Positions 9,005-19,282 are shown, counted from the stretch's first letter. The stretch: 64,000 nucleotides of DNA from Rubripirellula sp. (GCA_965216875.1 OZ244207.1:5728001-5792000), one strand, 5' to 3'. A program made the numbers and translations. The notes: generated by a model from the letters alone, not told the origin.

Positions 9005-11758
9005 GTGAGCGAAATCGACCAGAGTCAGCTCGATGAAGTTGCCGAAGCTTTCTCGGAAGCGATGCGTCGTGGTGAAAACCCAAGCGTGGATGCATACGTC
9101 GCCCGCTATCCAGAACTCGCCGAATCGCTCCGCCCGCTACTGACCTCGATCGCACTGATCGAGGGAATCAAAGTGGACTCCAAACGCAGCGGACCCGTCG
9201 TTGCCGCTCATCAACTGCGCATCGAACAACTGGATGATTATCGAATCGTTCGTGAAATCGGGCGCGGCGGTATGGGCGTCGTCTTGGAAGCGATCGATCA
9301 ATCGTTGCACCGGCGCGTCGCGATCAAGGTCTTGCCCGAAAGTCTGGTAAGCGAGAAACGCCACGTCGACCGCTTTCGTCAAGAATCAAAAGCTGCCGCA
9401 CGTCTAAGACATCCAGGAATCGTCTCGGTCTTTGGTGTCGGCCAATCAGGGCCCTATCACTACTACGTGATGGACTACATCGACGGGATCAATCTTCGCC
9501 AATGGATCGACGGCATCACCCAATCATCGTCCGAGATGGTCCCCACCCGGGATGACGTCTATTCGGGAACGGATGGCGATTTGCGAATGGGCGACACATG
9601 GCCCTCGACAAGTGACAGCACGAAAACTGATTTCGATGTTCAATCCCTGCCGACATCGACCGATTCCCCTTCCTACTATCGCTGGGTCGCCAAACTTGGA
9701 TGCACCATCTGCGATGCACTTGATTACGCTCACCAACAACACACACTTCATCGCGACATCAAACCGGCGAACCTTCTTATTGACGCCGCCGGCAATGTCT
9801 CCATCACAGACTTTGGACTTGCCAAAGTTGCCGAGCACCAACGCGTTACTCAAACGGGCGACGTTGTCGGCACACCCCAATACATGCCGCCCGAGTCCTT
9901 CGAAGGCACCTACGATGTTCAAAGTGAAGTCTATGCAGTCGCGTTAACCCTGTACGAACTGCTGACGCTGCGTCCCGCCTTTTCCTCGAAATCCCCCGCC
10001 GAGCTGATTCGCAAGGCTTCGGAGGGCGTCAAGCAACCGCCGCGAAAGCTGAACGCGAACATTCCCGTCCAGCTCGAAACGATCGTGATGAAAGCGCTCG
10101 CGTTGGAACCATCCCAGCGTTACTCGACCGCTGCGAAATTGCGAGACGACCTGAACAACTTCCTGTGCGACCTGCCAATTGAAGCCAAGCGGACTGGCGT
10201 CGTTGGCCGAACCCTCTTGTGGACTCGTCGACAACCGGTGGTTGCGTCACTGACGCTGGCAACCTTTGCCTCGCTTCTGGCGCTTGCCGTGGTATCGGCA
10301 GCCGCCTATTTCCGGACCCGGTCGGCACTCAACAGCGCCCAGGAAGCGAGCACGACTGCTCTGAACGCATTGAAGCAGCGCGGCATTGCTCTCGAGGCTG
10401 CCGAAACACAGCGACAGCGAGCCGAAGCGAACCTTGCTGTCGCAGTCGAAGCCTTCGAAAAGATCCGCGAAGAGATCTGGCAACGCGGCATGATTCCCGA
10501 TGCGGACGTCGTGGGTGAGATCGCCGAGACCGCCTCCGCCGATGTCAGTCCGGCCGACGCCGAAATCTTGCAATCCCTGCTCGGATTCTTCGACAAACTT
10601 GCCGCCAGCAACAGCAGTGACCTTCGCGCCCAATCCGCTGCTGCAGGGCGCTACGCCGGAGACATCTATCAACGTTTGGGCCAGCTTGGCGAAGCGGATG
10701 CCGCCTACAACGACGCGGTCAAACGCTACCAAGCGATCGCCAACGAGAATCCGAGTGATACCGAATCGGTGATCACTCAAGCCCGGATTCTCAATGAACT
10801 GATCGTCACGTCCAGTGTGCAAGGACAAATCCCGCGAGCATCGTCTTATTTTGACAAGTCCGTTCGCGTACTGGAGGAATCCGACGCGGCGATGCAATCG
10901 GCTGATGGGCGTTACGAGTACGCCCGCGCCCACATCCTGTTTGCATCGAGCTTGTCACGAGCAGGTGTCGAAACCCCCATGCGTCGATTGCGCCCACTGG
11001 CAAATCCACCGGGGCGGCGGCGCAATCCCGCTGGCCAAAGCTTGCGTTCCACCGCCCGTTCAGGCGAAGAGATTGTCGCGATCGTCGAAGGCATCGACCA
11101 AATGACGAGCCTGGTTGAAGACTTTCCTGACGAAACTCGCTACGCCGTCGCACTTGCTGCAGCCTATCGCGATCGATCGAAGGTCGCTTTCCGTGCCGGC
11201 ATGCGAGCCGAATCCGACAAAGCGATCAAGACTTCGATCGATCAATTCGAATCCTTGCTCGATCAAGACCGTCGGTCGAAGACGATTCGCTACGAACTCG
11301 CCAAGACTCTTTCAAGCAGCGAAGCGCTCAGCTTCAATCAAATGTTTCGCCTACTGCGAGCCGACACACTCAGCAGTGATCTCCTCGAACACGATCCTTC
11401 GCAGCCGCGTTACCAAACCCTTCGTGCCCATGTGCTCGAGCGTTTGGCACACTATCGCGGTCGGCTGGGCGGAAAACCGGACGTCGCAGAAAAGAACTTG
11501 CTGGCCGCACTCGAGCTGCACGACCAACTCGTCAAGACGTCGCCCGATTCACCAACATTCCGCGTACAACGCGCCCAAGCGCTCGATGCACTTGCCGACC
11601 TGAAGATCAAGAGCGGCCAACGCGAAGCTGGTCTACGCTACCTCGAACAAGCGATTCGTGAACTACAGACCGCCTCTCGTGGCAAACATAACTCGCCCAT
11701 CATTCGCCAAAACCTACAGCGTCTCCGTCAGAAGCAATCACGGATCAGCAATCCGTAG
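9005..11758 (+). CDS. Hanks-type Ser/Thr protein kinase with TM segment and TPR-like C-terminus
   Basis: IGRGGMGVV, VAIK, HRDIKPANLL, DFGLAK, GTPQYMPPE; hydrophobic VVASLTLATFASLLALAVVSAAAY; helical repeats follow. Confidence 0.95.
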   Translation: MSEIDQSQLDEVAEAFSEAMRRGENPSVDAYVARYPELAESLRPLLTSIALIEGIKVDSKRSGPVVAAHQLRIEQLDDYRIVREIGRGGMGVVLEAIDQSLHRRVAIKVLPESLVSEKRHVDRFRQESKAAARLRHPGIVSVFGVGQSGPYHYYVMDYIDGINLRQWIDGITQSSSEMVPTRDDVYSGTDGDLRMGDTWPSTSDSTKTDFDVQSLPTSTDSPSYYRWVAKLGCTICDALDYAHQQHTLHRDIKPANLLIDAAGNVSITDFGLAKVAEHQRVTQTGDVVGTPQYMPPESFEGTYDVQSEVYAVALTLYELLTLRPAFSSKSPAELIRKASEGVKQPPRKLNANIPVQLETIVMKALALEPSQRYSTAAKLRDDLNNFLCDLPIEAKRTGVVGRTLLWTRRQPVVASLTLATFASLLALAVVSAAAYFRTRSALNSAQEASTTALNALKQRGIALEAAETQRQRAEANLAVAVEAFEKIREEIWQRGMIPDADVVGEIAETASADVSPADAEILQSLLGFFDKLAASNSSDLRAQSAAAGRYAGDIYQRLGQLGEADAAYNDAVKRYQAIANENPSDTESVITQARILNELIVTSSVQGQIPRASSYFDKSVRVLEESDAAMQSADGRYEYARAHILFASSLSRAGVETPMRRLRPLANPPGRRRNPAGQSLRSTARSGEEIVAIVEGIDQMTSLVEDFPDETRYAVALAAAYRDRSKVAFRAGMRAESDKAIKTSIDQFESLLDQDRRSKTIRYELAKTLSSSEALSFNQMFRLLRADTLSSDLLEHDPSQPRYQTLRAHVLERLAHYRGRLGGKPDVAEKNLLAALELHDQLVKTSPDSPTFRVQRAQALDALADLKIKSGQREAGLRYLEQAIRELQTASRGKHNSPIIRQNLQRLRQKQSRISNP

Positions 11759-11762
11759 GACT

Positions 11763-11919
11763 TGGGAGGGCGACGCTCCCGACGCACGGGCTGCGACGCG
11801 CTTGATCTGGGAGGGCAACGCTCTTGATTTGGGAGGGCGACGCTCCCGCGGAGCCACACGCACGGATCGGCAGACGCCGCATCCTCCCTAGAGGATTTGT
11901 CATGCACAGCATGACCTAC
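11763..11919. repeat. REP cluster between convergent genes (three family D units + one family B unit)
   Basis: tgggagggc(g/a)acgctc three times; gtcatgcacagcatgacctac overlaps the sulfatase stop codon. Confidence 0.75.
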
Positions 11920-13763
11920 CTTTGAACCTTCACAGGTTCCGACTGAACGTGCTGCAGATTCTGTTGAAACTCTTTGCCAATAAACGCGGCGAACTGAACG
12001 GTATCGGTTGCAATGTCCGCAGGGATGTCGAACGACACGGTCGCTTTCCCCGAACGTGAAACGGTCACCGCCTTGCGTTCGATACGACGACCGTTTCCAT
12101 CCTTGAGTGTGACCTGCAACATTTGCTCCCCCAGCTCTTGAGGAAGTTTGTGCGGCACCACGACATCGCAGGTCTGCCCCGCTTTCACCGCGTCGGGCAA
12201 TCGCAGCCGGATGGCATTGCGGAGTCTTTTCGTTTTTGGATTCGCTTGATTCTTTTGCTTTTGACGAGCCGCCTTTGCTGCTTTGGTCCGCTCGTCCTCG
12301 ACAGCCATGTAGACGTTGCGAATCTCGCTGTTTTCCACCTTTGCCAACACGGGCGCGACCGGATCGCCAAACGCCTGCAAAGTCTCCGCGAGTTGCTCGC
12401 GCATTGAGACGAGCGTCTTTTGGTGGTCGGTGTGACCCGCGAGGTTTTGCAGACAATCGGGGTCGTCGTCCACTCGGTAAAACTCTTCCAGCACGCGGTG
12501 GTCAAAAAGCTCTAATCGCGTCGCGATGTCGACTTCGCCCGGTGCGCGTTTGACCATCTGGCGGTAGGTCATCGTGCCAGTGGTTGCCGTGGCGAATTTG
12601 CGTTGGCCATCACTCCACGGATTGAACAGGTAAAGGTACTCGCGGGTTTGAATACCACGCATAGGGTGACGTGAACGCCCCGAGTTTTCGTTGTACTGCA
12701 GGATCACAAAGTCACGATCTTTTTGACGTTGGCCGCCCAGGATCGGCGCAAAGGAACGGCCGTGCAGCCGCTTGGGGTTTGGATGCTTGTGCTGCATCAC
12801 TTCCAAGATCGTTGGCAAAAAGTCGATTGCCGACACCATGTGATGCTCGTCGATCGCTCCCGCTTTCGTCACACCTGGCCATCGGACCATCAACGGTGTG
12901 TGCGTGCTATGGTGGTACAACTGCGTCTTCGCAAACGGCAGCGGCATACCATGATCGGATAGAAAGAGAACGAAAGTCTCATCAGCCTTGCCTGACTCAT
13001 CCAGTGCCGCCATCACTTCCGCGAAACAATCGTCCGCACGCCGCACGGATGAATAGTAGTGGGCCAACTCTTTTCGGATCACTTCATCGCTGGGCAGGAA
13101 TCCAGGCACAGGAACTTCCTCGGCGGTGAAGATACGACTGGGAACGTGTTTGTCTTCAACCGTTGTGCCTCCCTTGCCTTGTGCATAAAAGGGTTTGTGC
13201 GGGTCAGAAATATTGACCATCAAGCAAAACGGTTTCCCCGCTTCGGCGGCCAACGCAATGCCCTGTCGCGTCGACGCGCCGTAGCTCGCTGCGTCTTTGA
13301 TGTGGTGTTTGTTCCCTGCGTCGTCTTCATCAAGAACAGCATCCCACGCATAGGGATGAAAGGGAGTCGAATGCGTTACTTTGCCTCGAATGGCTGCGAA
13401 GTAACCCGCGTCTTTTGCTAGATCACAGAGCACGGGATAGTCAGGATTCTTGTTTTGCACGAACCCTTCAACACCATTGACATGCGAAAACATCCCCGAC
13501 CACATGATGTTGCGACCCGGCATACAGTTGCCGACCTGGACATGAGCATGTTTGAATCGCAATGACTGTTTTGCAAAGGCATCAATGTTCGGCGAAGTCT
13601 CTTTGAGTTTGCAACCAAATGCGCCGAGAGAATCGGCGCTCATGTCATCAACCGTGATGATCAAAACATTGGGAGGCCCGTCGGCGGACGAGTCCGCCGC
13701 GACCAACAAGCAAGAAAGTGCGGCGAACGCGCAGGCAAGTGCAAGCTTCGAAATCAGTCGCAT
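11916..13763 (-). CDS. Formylglycine-dependent sulfatase with C-terminal extra domain
   Basis: Signal peptide; PNVLIITVDD, CMPGR (CxPxR), DPHKPF, SDHG. Confidence 0.92.
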   Translation of the reverse strand: MRLISKLALACAFAALSCLLVAADSSADGPPNVLIITVDDMSADSLGAFGCKLKETSPNIDAFAKQSLRFKHAHVQVGNCMPGRNIMWSGMFSHVNGVEGFVQNKNPDYPVLCDLAKDAGYFAAIRGKVTHSTPFHPYAWDAVLDEDDAGNKHHIKDAASYGASTRQGIALAAEAGKPFCLMVNISDPHKPFYAQGKGGTTVEDKHVPSRIFTAEEVPVPGFLPSDEVIRKELAHYYSSVRRADDCFAEVMAALDESGKADETFVLFLSDHGMPLPFAKTQLYHHSTHTPLMVRWPGVTKAGAIDEHHMVSAIDFLPTILEVMQHKHPNPKRLHGRSFAPILGGQRQKDRDFVILQYNENSGRSRHPMRGIQTREYLYLFNPWSDGQRKFATATTGTMTYRQMVKRAPGEVDIATRLELFDHRVLEEFYRVDDDPDCLQNLAGHTDHQKTLVSMREQLAETLQAFGDPVAPVLAKVENSEIRNVYMAVEDERTKAAKAARQKQKNQANPKTKRLRNAIRLRLPDAVKAGQTCDVVVPHKLPQELGEQMLQVTLKDGNGRRIERKAVTVSRSGKATVSFDIPADIATDTVQFAAFIGKEFQQNLQHVQSEPVKVQR

Positions 13764-13928
13764 CGTGGTGGTGGCTCATCGTGCGGAGGGAGATGTGGGT
13801 GGGGCCAGCCGAAACTGGGCAAGCCCTGTATTGTAAACCAACCACCATCGCAACTTACGATGAGTTACGATTGTTATTCGACAGATTCACTTCCCCGCCC
13901 TCCCCTTCCCTCCACAACGCGTGCCAAC

Positions 13929-14948
13929 ATGAAGCCGACTCACGATTCCAACTCGCGTTCACCGATCGACCGCCGCCAACTTCTCAGTTATGCCGCATTT
14001 GGCAGTGCGGCGATCGCTGCGTCGGCCTCTGGAAACCAAACCCTTGCTGCCGCCCATCCTGAGCCGACGCCGCGCAAGTACAAGATGAAGAAATCGATCA
14101 ACCTCTGGGCGTTCCCCTATCCCGACAAGATGTCGCTCGAGCAGTGCCTTCGGCTCGCCAAGGATGCGGGTTTTGATGGAATCGAACTGAACTATGATCT
14201 CGACAGCGACCTTTCGCCCAAATCAGGAACCAAAGAGTTCCATGCGATCCGCGACATGGCGGAAAAGATCGGTATCGAAATCAGCGGCCTCTGCTCGTTT
14301 CTGTTTTGGCCCTACCCGCTTACAAGTAACGACCCAGCGGAGCGTGCCCGCGGCATGGAACTGGCCACCAAAATGACGCACGCCGCGCACGACCTCGGAA
14401 CAAAGAACCTACTCGTCGTGCCAGGTGCCGTGCACATGCCATGGCGCGAAGACCACGACCCAACGCCAAACGACGTTTGCGACCGCCGGGCGCGTGAAGC
14501 GATCGGCAAGCTGCTTCCAACAGCAGAAAAGCTGAAGGTATCGATGAACATGGAAAACATCTTCTTCAATGGATTTCTTTTGTCGCCGATGGAGATGGTC
14601 GATTTTGTCGACAGTTTCTCGAGCGAGTACGTGAACGTTCATTTCGACACGGGCAACATCATGGAATACCAATTCCCAGAGCATTGGATTCCGATTCTTG
14701 GGAAGCGAATTCGCAACGTCCACTTGAAGGAGTTCACCAAAAAAGGAACGGACCATTCACTCGAAGCCTTTCGGCCGCTCCTGGACGGAACGACCAATTG
14801 GCCCGCCGTCCTCGAAGCCTTTGACGGCATCGGCTATGACGGATACCTCACGTTCGAGTACTTCCATCCCTACCAGCACTTCCCCGAAGCACTGGTCTAC
14901 CAAACCGCCGACTCGCTCGACCGTATGCTCGGCATCAAGACGGCATAA
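13929..14948 (+). CDS. Sugar phosphate isomerase/epimerase family (xylose isomerase-like TIM barrel), Tat-exported
   Basis: DRRQLL Tat motif; AKDAGFDGIEL, MEN, FDTGN, VHLKE, GYDGYLTFE. Confidence 0.85.
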   Translation: MKPTHDSNSRSPIDRRQLLSYAAFGSAAIAASASGNQTLAAAHPEPTPRKYKMKKSINLWAFPYPDKMSLEQCLRLAKDAGFDGIELNYDLDSDLSPKSGTKEFHAIRDMAEKIGIEISGLCSFLFWPYPLTSNDPAERARGMELATKMTHAAHDLGTKNLLVVPGAVHMPWREDHDPTPNDVCDRRAREAIGKLLPTAEKLKVSMNMENIFFNGFLLSPMEMVDFVDSFSSEYVNVHFDTGNIMEYQFPEHWIPILGKRIRNVHLKEFTKKGTDHSLEAFRPLLDGTTNWPAVLEAFDGIGYDGYLTFEYFHPYQHFPEALVYQTADSLDRMLGIKTA

Positions 14949-15027
14949 GCACGTTACGCCAACGCATTTTTGGTCGCCTATCCCTGTGTTGTCGCCTTGG
15001 TGGTCTGTCCCCGTGCTAGTTGCTCTT

Positions 15028-15130
15028 AGGCCGGAGGCCGGCATATTTCTGCCGGTGGCGTGAGCCACCGGACTACAAGCAAACCAGATCTCAGCCCAGA
15101 GGGCGACAGATTCGAATTGCGTCGCCCTCC
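15028..15130. repeat. Cluster of short palindromes (ggccggaggcc, ccggtggcgtgagccaccgg, gagggcgac...gtcgccctc)
   Basis: Three adjacent hairpins in an intergenic region; single occurrence in this window. Confidence 0.5.
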
Positions 15131-15335
15131 CATTGAACATGGGGGACAAAGCACTCTGGTTTCGGACTAAAGAATGCAGACACTAGGTCTTTACGACCCC
15201 CGTCCCCTTTTCTTCCCAGCAGCTTTGCTATCTGCGTCTATCAGTGTTCATCTGCGGTTCGACGACCTTCACTCTCTACCCCAAAGACACAAGCCCTCTC
15301 AAAAGACTGAACGGCCGATGCCGATATGATCGCTC

Positions 15336-15590
15336 TTAAAGCAGTTCGACATCGCGTTTTGATTTCCGGGATCCGATCCGTACCGAATCCCACGCGGCTA
15401 CCACGGGGATCGAGGTTCCTGCGAACTCGCGAATGTACCGCCCCCGCTGCGCCGCTCGCGTGCTGGCCGGTGGAACTCGCATCGCCGATTCGACTTCCTC
15501 ATCAGTCACAATCCGCTGCACGATCCAAGTTTCGGCTAAACGATTGAAGTACCCTCGCGGCGAAAGTTCGTGGTACTTCAAGTCGATCAT
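15336..15590 (-). pseudogene. C-terminal fragment of a PafA/Dop (Pup ligase/deamidase, PafA2-type) protein
   Basis: IDLKYHELS.RGYFNRL......IVTDEEVESAMRVPPASTRAAQRG resembles the DLxYH...PPxxTRAxxRG C-terminus of PafA/Dop; only 84 aa, with an in-frame TGA directly upstream. Confidence 0.7.
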
Positions 15591-15886
15591 TCATGAACGA
15601 ACTTGTCGTTTTTTGATTGGGTAGTCAACATCGACACTCTCCGAAAAGGAATGCAGCCAATGGGCTGCAAATAAGTCTTTGGAAACAACGGCAATCGGGT
15701 GATTGCGCAGAAGCCAAATGGAACCGTCATTATAGAATGTCGCACTCGACTGGACAAATTTCGCAAAGAAACGTTTTCGGTAGCCGCAAGACAAATCGCA
15801 GATGACCGGTGAGGCAAAAGTCTGTGTCTTTTGCTTCTCACCGTTTCCATGAGGCTTCTCGGTGCTCGATGAGGTGTTGAAATCAC

Positions 15887-17671
15887 ATGCCCGATCCACT
15901 CGACGATCTAAAACGCAGCATCGAATCAGATGACAACGCTGCAATTGAAACACGATTAAGTGACCATCGTGAACTATGCGAGCGGCTCAACGAAGGCATC
16001 TTTCCCTATGGCATGCCGGCGATGGCGGCGGCGCAAAGCGTTGAAGTTGTTCAAACGCTGAAGCGTTTTGGGGCGACCTACGCGACGGTCGAGTCTTGGT
16101 GGAAACCTGGTTTCGCCGTCCGCAAGATGAAACCCGAAGTCGGGCGTTTCATTGCGGACCAAGGCGCTGAACTTTCACCCCATGCCGCGTCTGCCCTGGG
16201 GTTCGTCGATTCTCTCGCCGCGATGATCGACAACGATCCTCAAGTCGTTGATGCAAAAGGGGGTGACGATGCGACACCGTTGCACTTCGCTCGTGACATC
16301 GCGACAGCCAAGTTGCTCGTTGAGCGCGGTGCAAAACTCGATGCGCGAGACGGCGACCATGATTCGACGCCCACGCAGTGGTTGATCGGCGACGCACCGG
16401 AAGTCGCTAAGTTTCTGATTCAGCAAGGTGCCAAGCCTGACATCTTTGTCGCCGCGGCACTTGGCGATCAGTCACTGGTTGAGCGTGTCATCGCCGATGA
16501 ACCCGATTGCTTGAGCCTACGGATCGGCAAGAGCCCCGTTCACCCGATCGGATACAACGATCTTGGCGGAACGATTCTGCAATGGACCCTCGGTTTCAAC
16601 AGCTATGCCCATCAGATTGCTGCGAAGAAGGGGCATCGCCAATTGTTCGAGTGGATGTTCGAACGAAGTGACACGACGACGAAATTCCTTGTCGCCTGTT
16701 TGATGTCGATGCGAGACGACGCGGAAACGATGGCCAGAGAAAACCCGAACCTCGTTGAATCGCTTGAAGATGTCGACAAAGAACTGCTAGCCCGCTACTG
16801 CTGGGAAACCAATGTCGACATAAGCGCCGTCACCCTGATGCTCGACCTCGGGTTTCCGATCAACCACCCCGAAACGAGTCACGCGTACGCACCGCTGCAC
16901 AATGCCGCGTGGGGCGGCTATGGCGATCTGGTTGACCTCTTGATCGCGCGCGGCGCATCGCTGGATTTGAAAGATCCGACATTCGGCAGCACACCACTCG
17001 GGTTCGCGATTTATTGCTGTGTCGAAGATGGTCGTCACCCCGACGGTGAATATGGCCGCGTCGTGTCGGCACTCCTTGAGGCTGGATCCCCTTGGGACGT
17101 CGCCGACTATCCAACCGGCTCACAAGAGATCGATGATGTGTTGCGCCCGCGGCTTCGCGATTCATTGTCTGGCCTCGCTGCGTTGGGAGACCTTGAAGGG
17201 GTGCGGCAGTGGGTCGGCAGCAAAGCACCGGCGGCATCGGAGCTGACCCTGGCCCTTGTCTGCGCCGCCAAGGCGGGACAAACCGAGTTATGCGGTTACT
17301 TGCTTGATGCCGGAGCCGAGCAAGTTAAACCAGACGAACATTACTGGGCGCCCCTGCATGCCGCTGTCGCAGGCCACTCCACCGAGACGGTCGAACTGTT
17401 GCTACAACGCGGCGCCGACACGTCGGCGCTCAATAGCCGTGGCGGGACAGCATGGCACACACTCGGCGGCATGGGCTGTGACGACGAAATGATCGATCTG
17501 CTTGCCAAGCACGACGGTTTTGAACGCCTCAATCAAGAAAGTCATCACGGCCTGACCGCGCTTGATGTCGCCTATTTCTGCGGCAAAGAAGAAACCGCCC
17601 GGCGACTGGAGCGTCGCGGAGCGGTCGCAAGAGAGTACGGGCCAAACCCGACCAAACGACAAGGCGACTAG
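15887..17671 (+). CDS. Ankyrin repeat protein
   Basis: TPLHFA, APLHNAAWGG, TPLGFA, APLHAAV, TALDVA repeats. Confidence 0.9.
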   Translation: MPDPLDDLKRSIESDDNAAIETRLSDHRELCERLNEGIFPYGMPAMAAAQSVEVVQTLKRFGATYATVESWWKPGFAVRKMKPEVGRFIADQGAELSPHAASALGFVDSLAAMIDNDPQVVDAKGGDDATPLHFARDIATAKLLVERGAKLDARDGDHDSTPTQWLIGDAPEVAKFLIQQGAKPDIFVAAALGDQSLVERVIADEPDCLSLRIGKSPVHPIGYNDLGGTILQWTLGFNSYAHQIAAKKGHRQLFEWMFERSDTTTKFLVACLMSMRDDAETMARENPNLVESLEDVDKELLARYCWETNVDISAVTLMLDLGFPINHPETSHAYAPLHNAAWGGYGDLVDLLIARGASLDLKDPTFGSTPLGFAIYCCVEDGRHPDGEYGRVVSALLEAGSPWDVADYPTGSQEIDDVLRPRLRDSLSGLAALGDLEGVRQWVGSKAPAASELTLALVCAAKAGQTELCGYLLDAGAEQVKPDEHYWAPLHAAVAGHSTETVELLLQRGADTSALNSRGGTAWHTLGGMGCDDEMIDLLAKHDGFERLNQESHHGLTALDVAYFCGKEETARRLERRGAVAREYGPNPTKRQGD

Positions 17672-17683
17672 AACCGAACCGCT

Positions 17684-19282
17684 TTAGTCTTCGTCGCGGT
17701 CACGACGTCGATCTTCGCGATCGCCATCGTCGTGGTCGTGATCGTCGTGCCTTTCTTCGTCATGATCCTCATCATGATGGCCTTCGTGATCATGATCGTG
17801 GTGATCACGGAAGAGATGCTCTTCTTCGTCGTGATCGTGGTGTGCATGGCGGTCGTGCCGCATTTCGCTTCGCAGTTCGGCAACCTCAAGACGAAGTTCT
17901 AAGATCATGCGGTACAGGATCGCTTCGCGTTCTGTGCGTGGTCGAAAACGGACCTCGGCGCGTTCCAGATCGCTTTCCTCATCAAAATCGTGATCGGCCC
18001 GCTCGTCATGTTCCCGCCGCTCGTCTCGTTCTCGGCGTTCTTCGTGTTCTCGGCGTTCATCAAGAACTGCTTCACGACGTTCATCATGGAGCTCTCGAAG
18101 CCGTTGGTGCTCTCGTTCGATCCGTCGCTCGTGTTCGACCTGGCGTTGATGCGCGTTCCGGACTTCGAGTTCGCGTCGCATCAGTTCGCGTTCGCGGTTG
18201 CGTCGCTCGTGCTCAAATTCTTCTTCGATGTCGCGGTCCCGAGTCGCATCGCGATCACGTATCGCATCGCGATCGTGGGCTTCATCGCGATCTCGTCGTT
18301 TTCGGAGTTCACCTTCGTCGTCATCGTCGAAAGCGGCGACGAGCGTCGCGCCACCGGAATCATCCTGGGACGCGGTGATTTGCAACAGCGACCGATCACC
18401 TCCGCCGTCGGCAGAAGAGACGGGGATGCTTCCCACTCCGAAAAGCAGCAGGCAAGCGGCGATCGAGCCGAGAAGCGGTTTGACGATAACGATTGGCATG
18501 AGACTGAGACTCCCGTTGGCAAGTTGAAGCGCGTTGCCGGTCACGTAGCCTGCGGCCGGTTGCCCGACAGCAAACTGAGTCCCAGCTTGCACAGTGGATG
18601 CAACCAGCGATGGAGCGACCGCCGCTCCCGCCGTTTGCTGAGATTGCAACCACAACGCCAACGCAACCGACAGCGAGACGCCACGCAGTGACAATCGTTG
18701 CCGGAGCATTGCTCGCCCACGTTCAAGCCGCCCTTTGAGCGAACCCAGCGACCAACCAAGTTGTTCGGCCGCTTCGTCGCGACTCTTGCCTTCAATGCAA
18801 CAAAGAAACAAAGGCAAACGAAACTTGCTCGGTAGTCGATTCAGTTCTTCGTCGAGAACCGTGCGTTGGTGTTCCGCCGTGATTTGCACCAGAGCGGGAT
18901 GACTTTCCAACATCACATCTTCCTCGAACTCTTGCTCACGTCGTTGTAGGCGTCCCGATCGCGCTCGCAGCGCAATGCGAAGTGCCGTGGTATGCAACCA
19001 TGCTGGTAAGGTCGCGGCATTTCGAATGGAGGACGCCTTGCGAGAAAGAACGAGGAACGTCGCTTGAAACGCGTCCTCGGCTTCCTGCTGGTCGTTCAGC
19101 ACTCGTTTGCACACGCCCATCACCAACGATCCATGCCGCTCGACCAAGCCCGCAAAGGCCAGATCGTCGCGACTGGAAACAAAACGACAGAGCAATTCGT
19201 CGTCCGACGCATCGGCCGCACTCCAACCGCCGCGCTGATTCGGCCCACTCGTTGGCCCAACAGTCGTCGATTTTTGCGGCAT
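17684..19282 (-). CDS. ECF sigma factor with TM segment and charged/His-rich C-terminal extension
   Basis: AFAGLVERHGSLVMGVC..EAEDAFQATFLVL..WL; LPSKFRLPLFLCCIEGKSRDEAAEQLGWSLGSLKGRLERGR; TM LLGSIAACLLLFGVG. Confidence 0.92.
   Translation of the reverse strand: MPQKSTTVGPTSGPNQRGGWSAADASDDELLCRFVSSRDDLAFAGLVERHGSLVMGVCKRVLNDQQEAEDAFQATFLVLSRKASSIRNAATLPAWLHTTALRIALRARSGRLQRREQEFEEDVMLESHPALVQITAEHQRTVLDEELNRLPSKFRLPLFLCCIEGKSRDEAAEQLGWSLGSLKGRLERGRAMLRQRLSLRGVSLSVALALWLQSQQTAGAAVAPSLVASTVQAGTQFAVGQPAAGYVTGNALQLANGSLSLMPIVIVKPLLGSIAACLLLFGVGSIPVSSADGGGDRSLLQITASQDDSGGATLVAAFDDDDEGELRKRRDRDEAHDRDAIRDRDATRDRDIEEEFEHERRNRERELMRRELEVRNAHQRQVEHERRIEREHQRLRELHDERREAVLDERREHEERRERDERREHDERADHDFDEESDLERAEVRFRPRTEREAILYRMILELRLEVAELRSEMRHDRHAHHDHDEEEHLFRDHHDHDHEGHHDEDHDEERHDDHDHDDGDREDRRRDRDED

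Noticed and set aside
15225..15262. atctgcg/atcagtg short repeats (similar atccgtg repeats at 35403-35460)
   Set aside because: Too short and degenerate to define as an element from this window alone
15591..15953. 99-aa and 120-aa minus-strand ORFs upstream of the PafA-like fragment
   Set aside because: No recognisable motifs beyond a weak VDYPIKK; they occupy the probable promoter and start of the ankyrin gene
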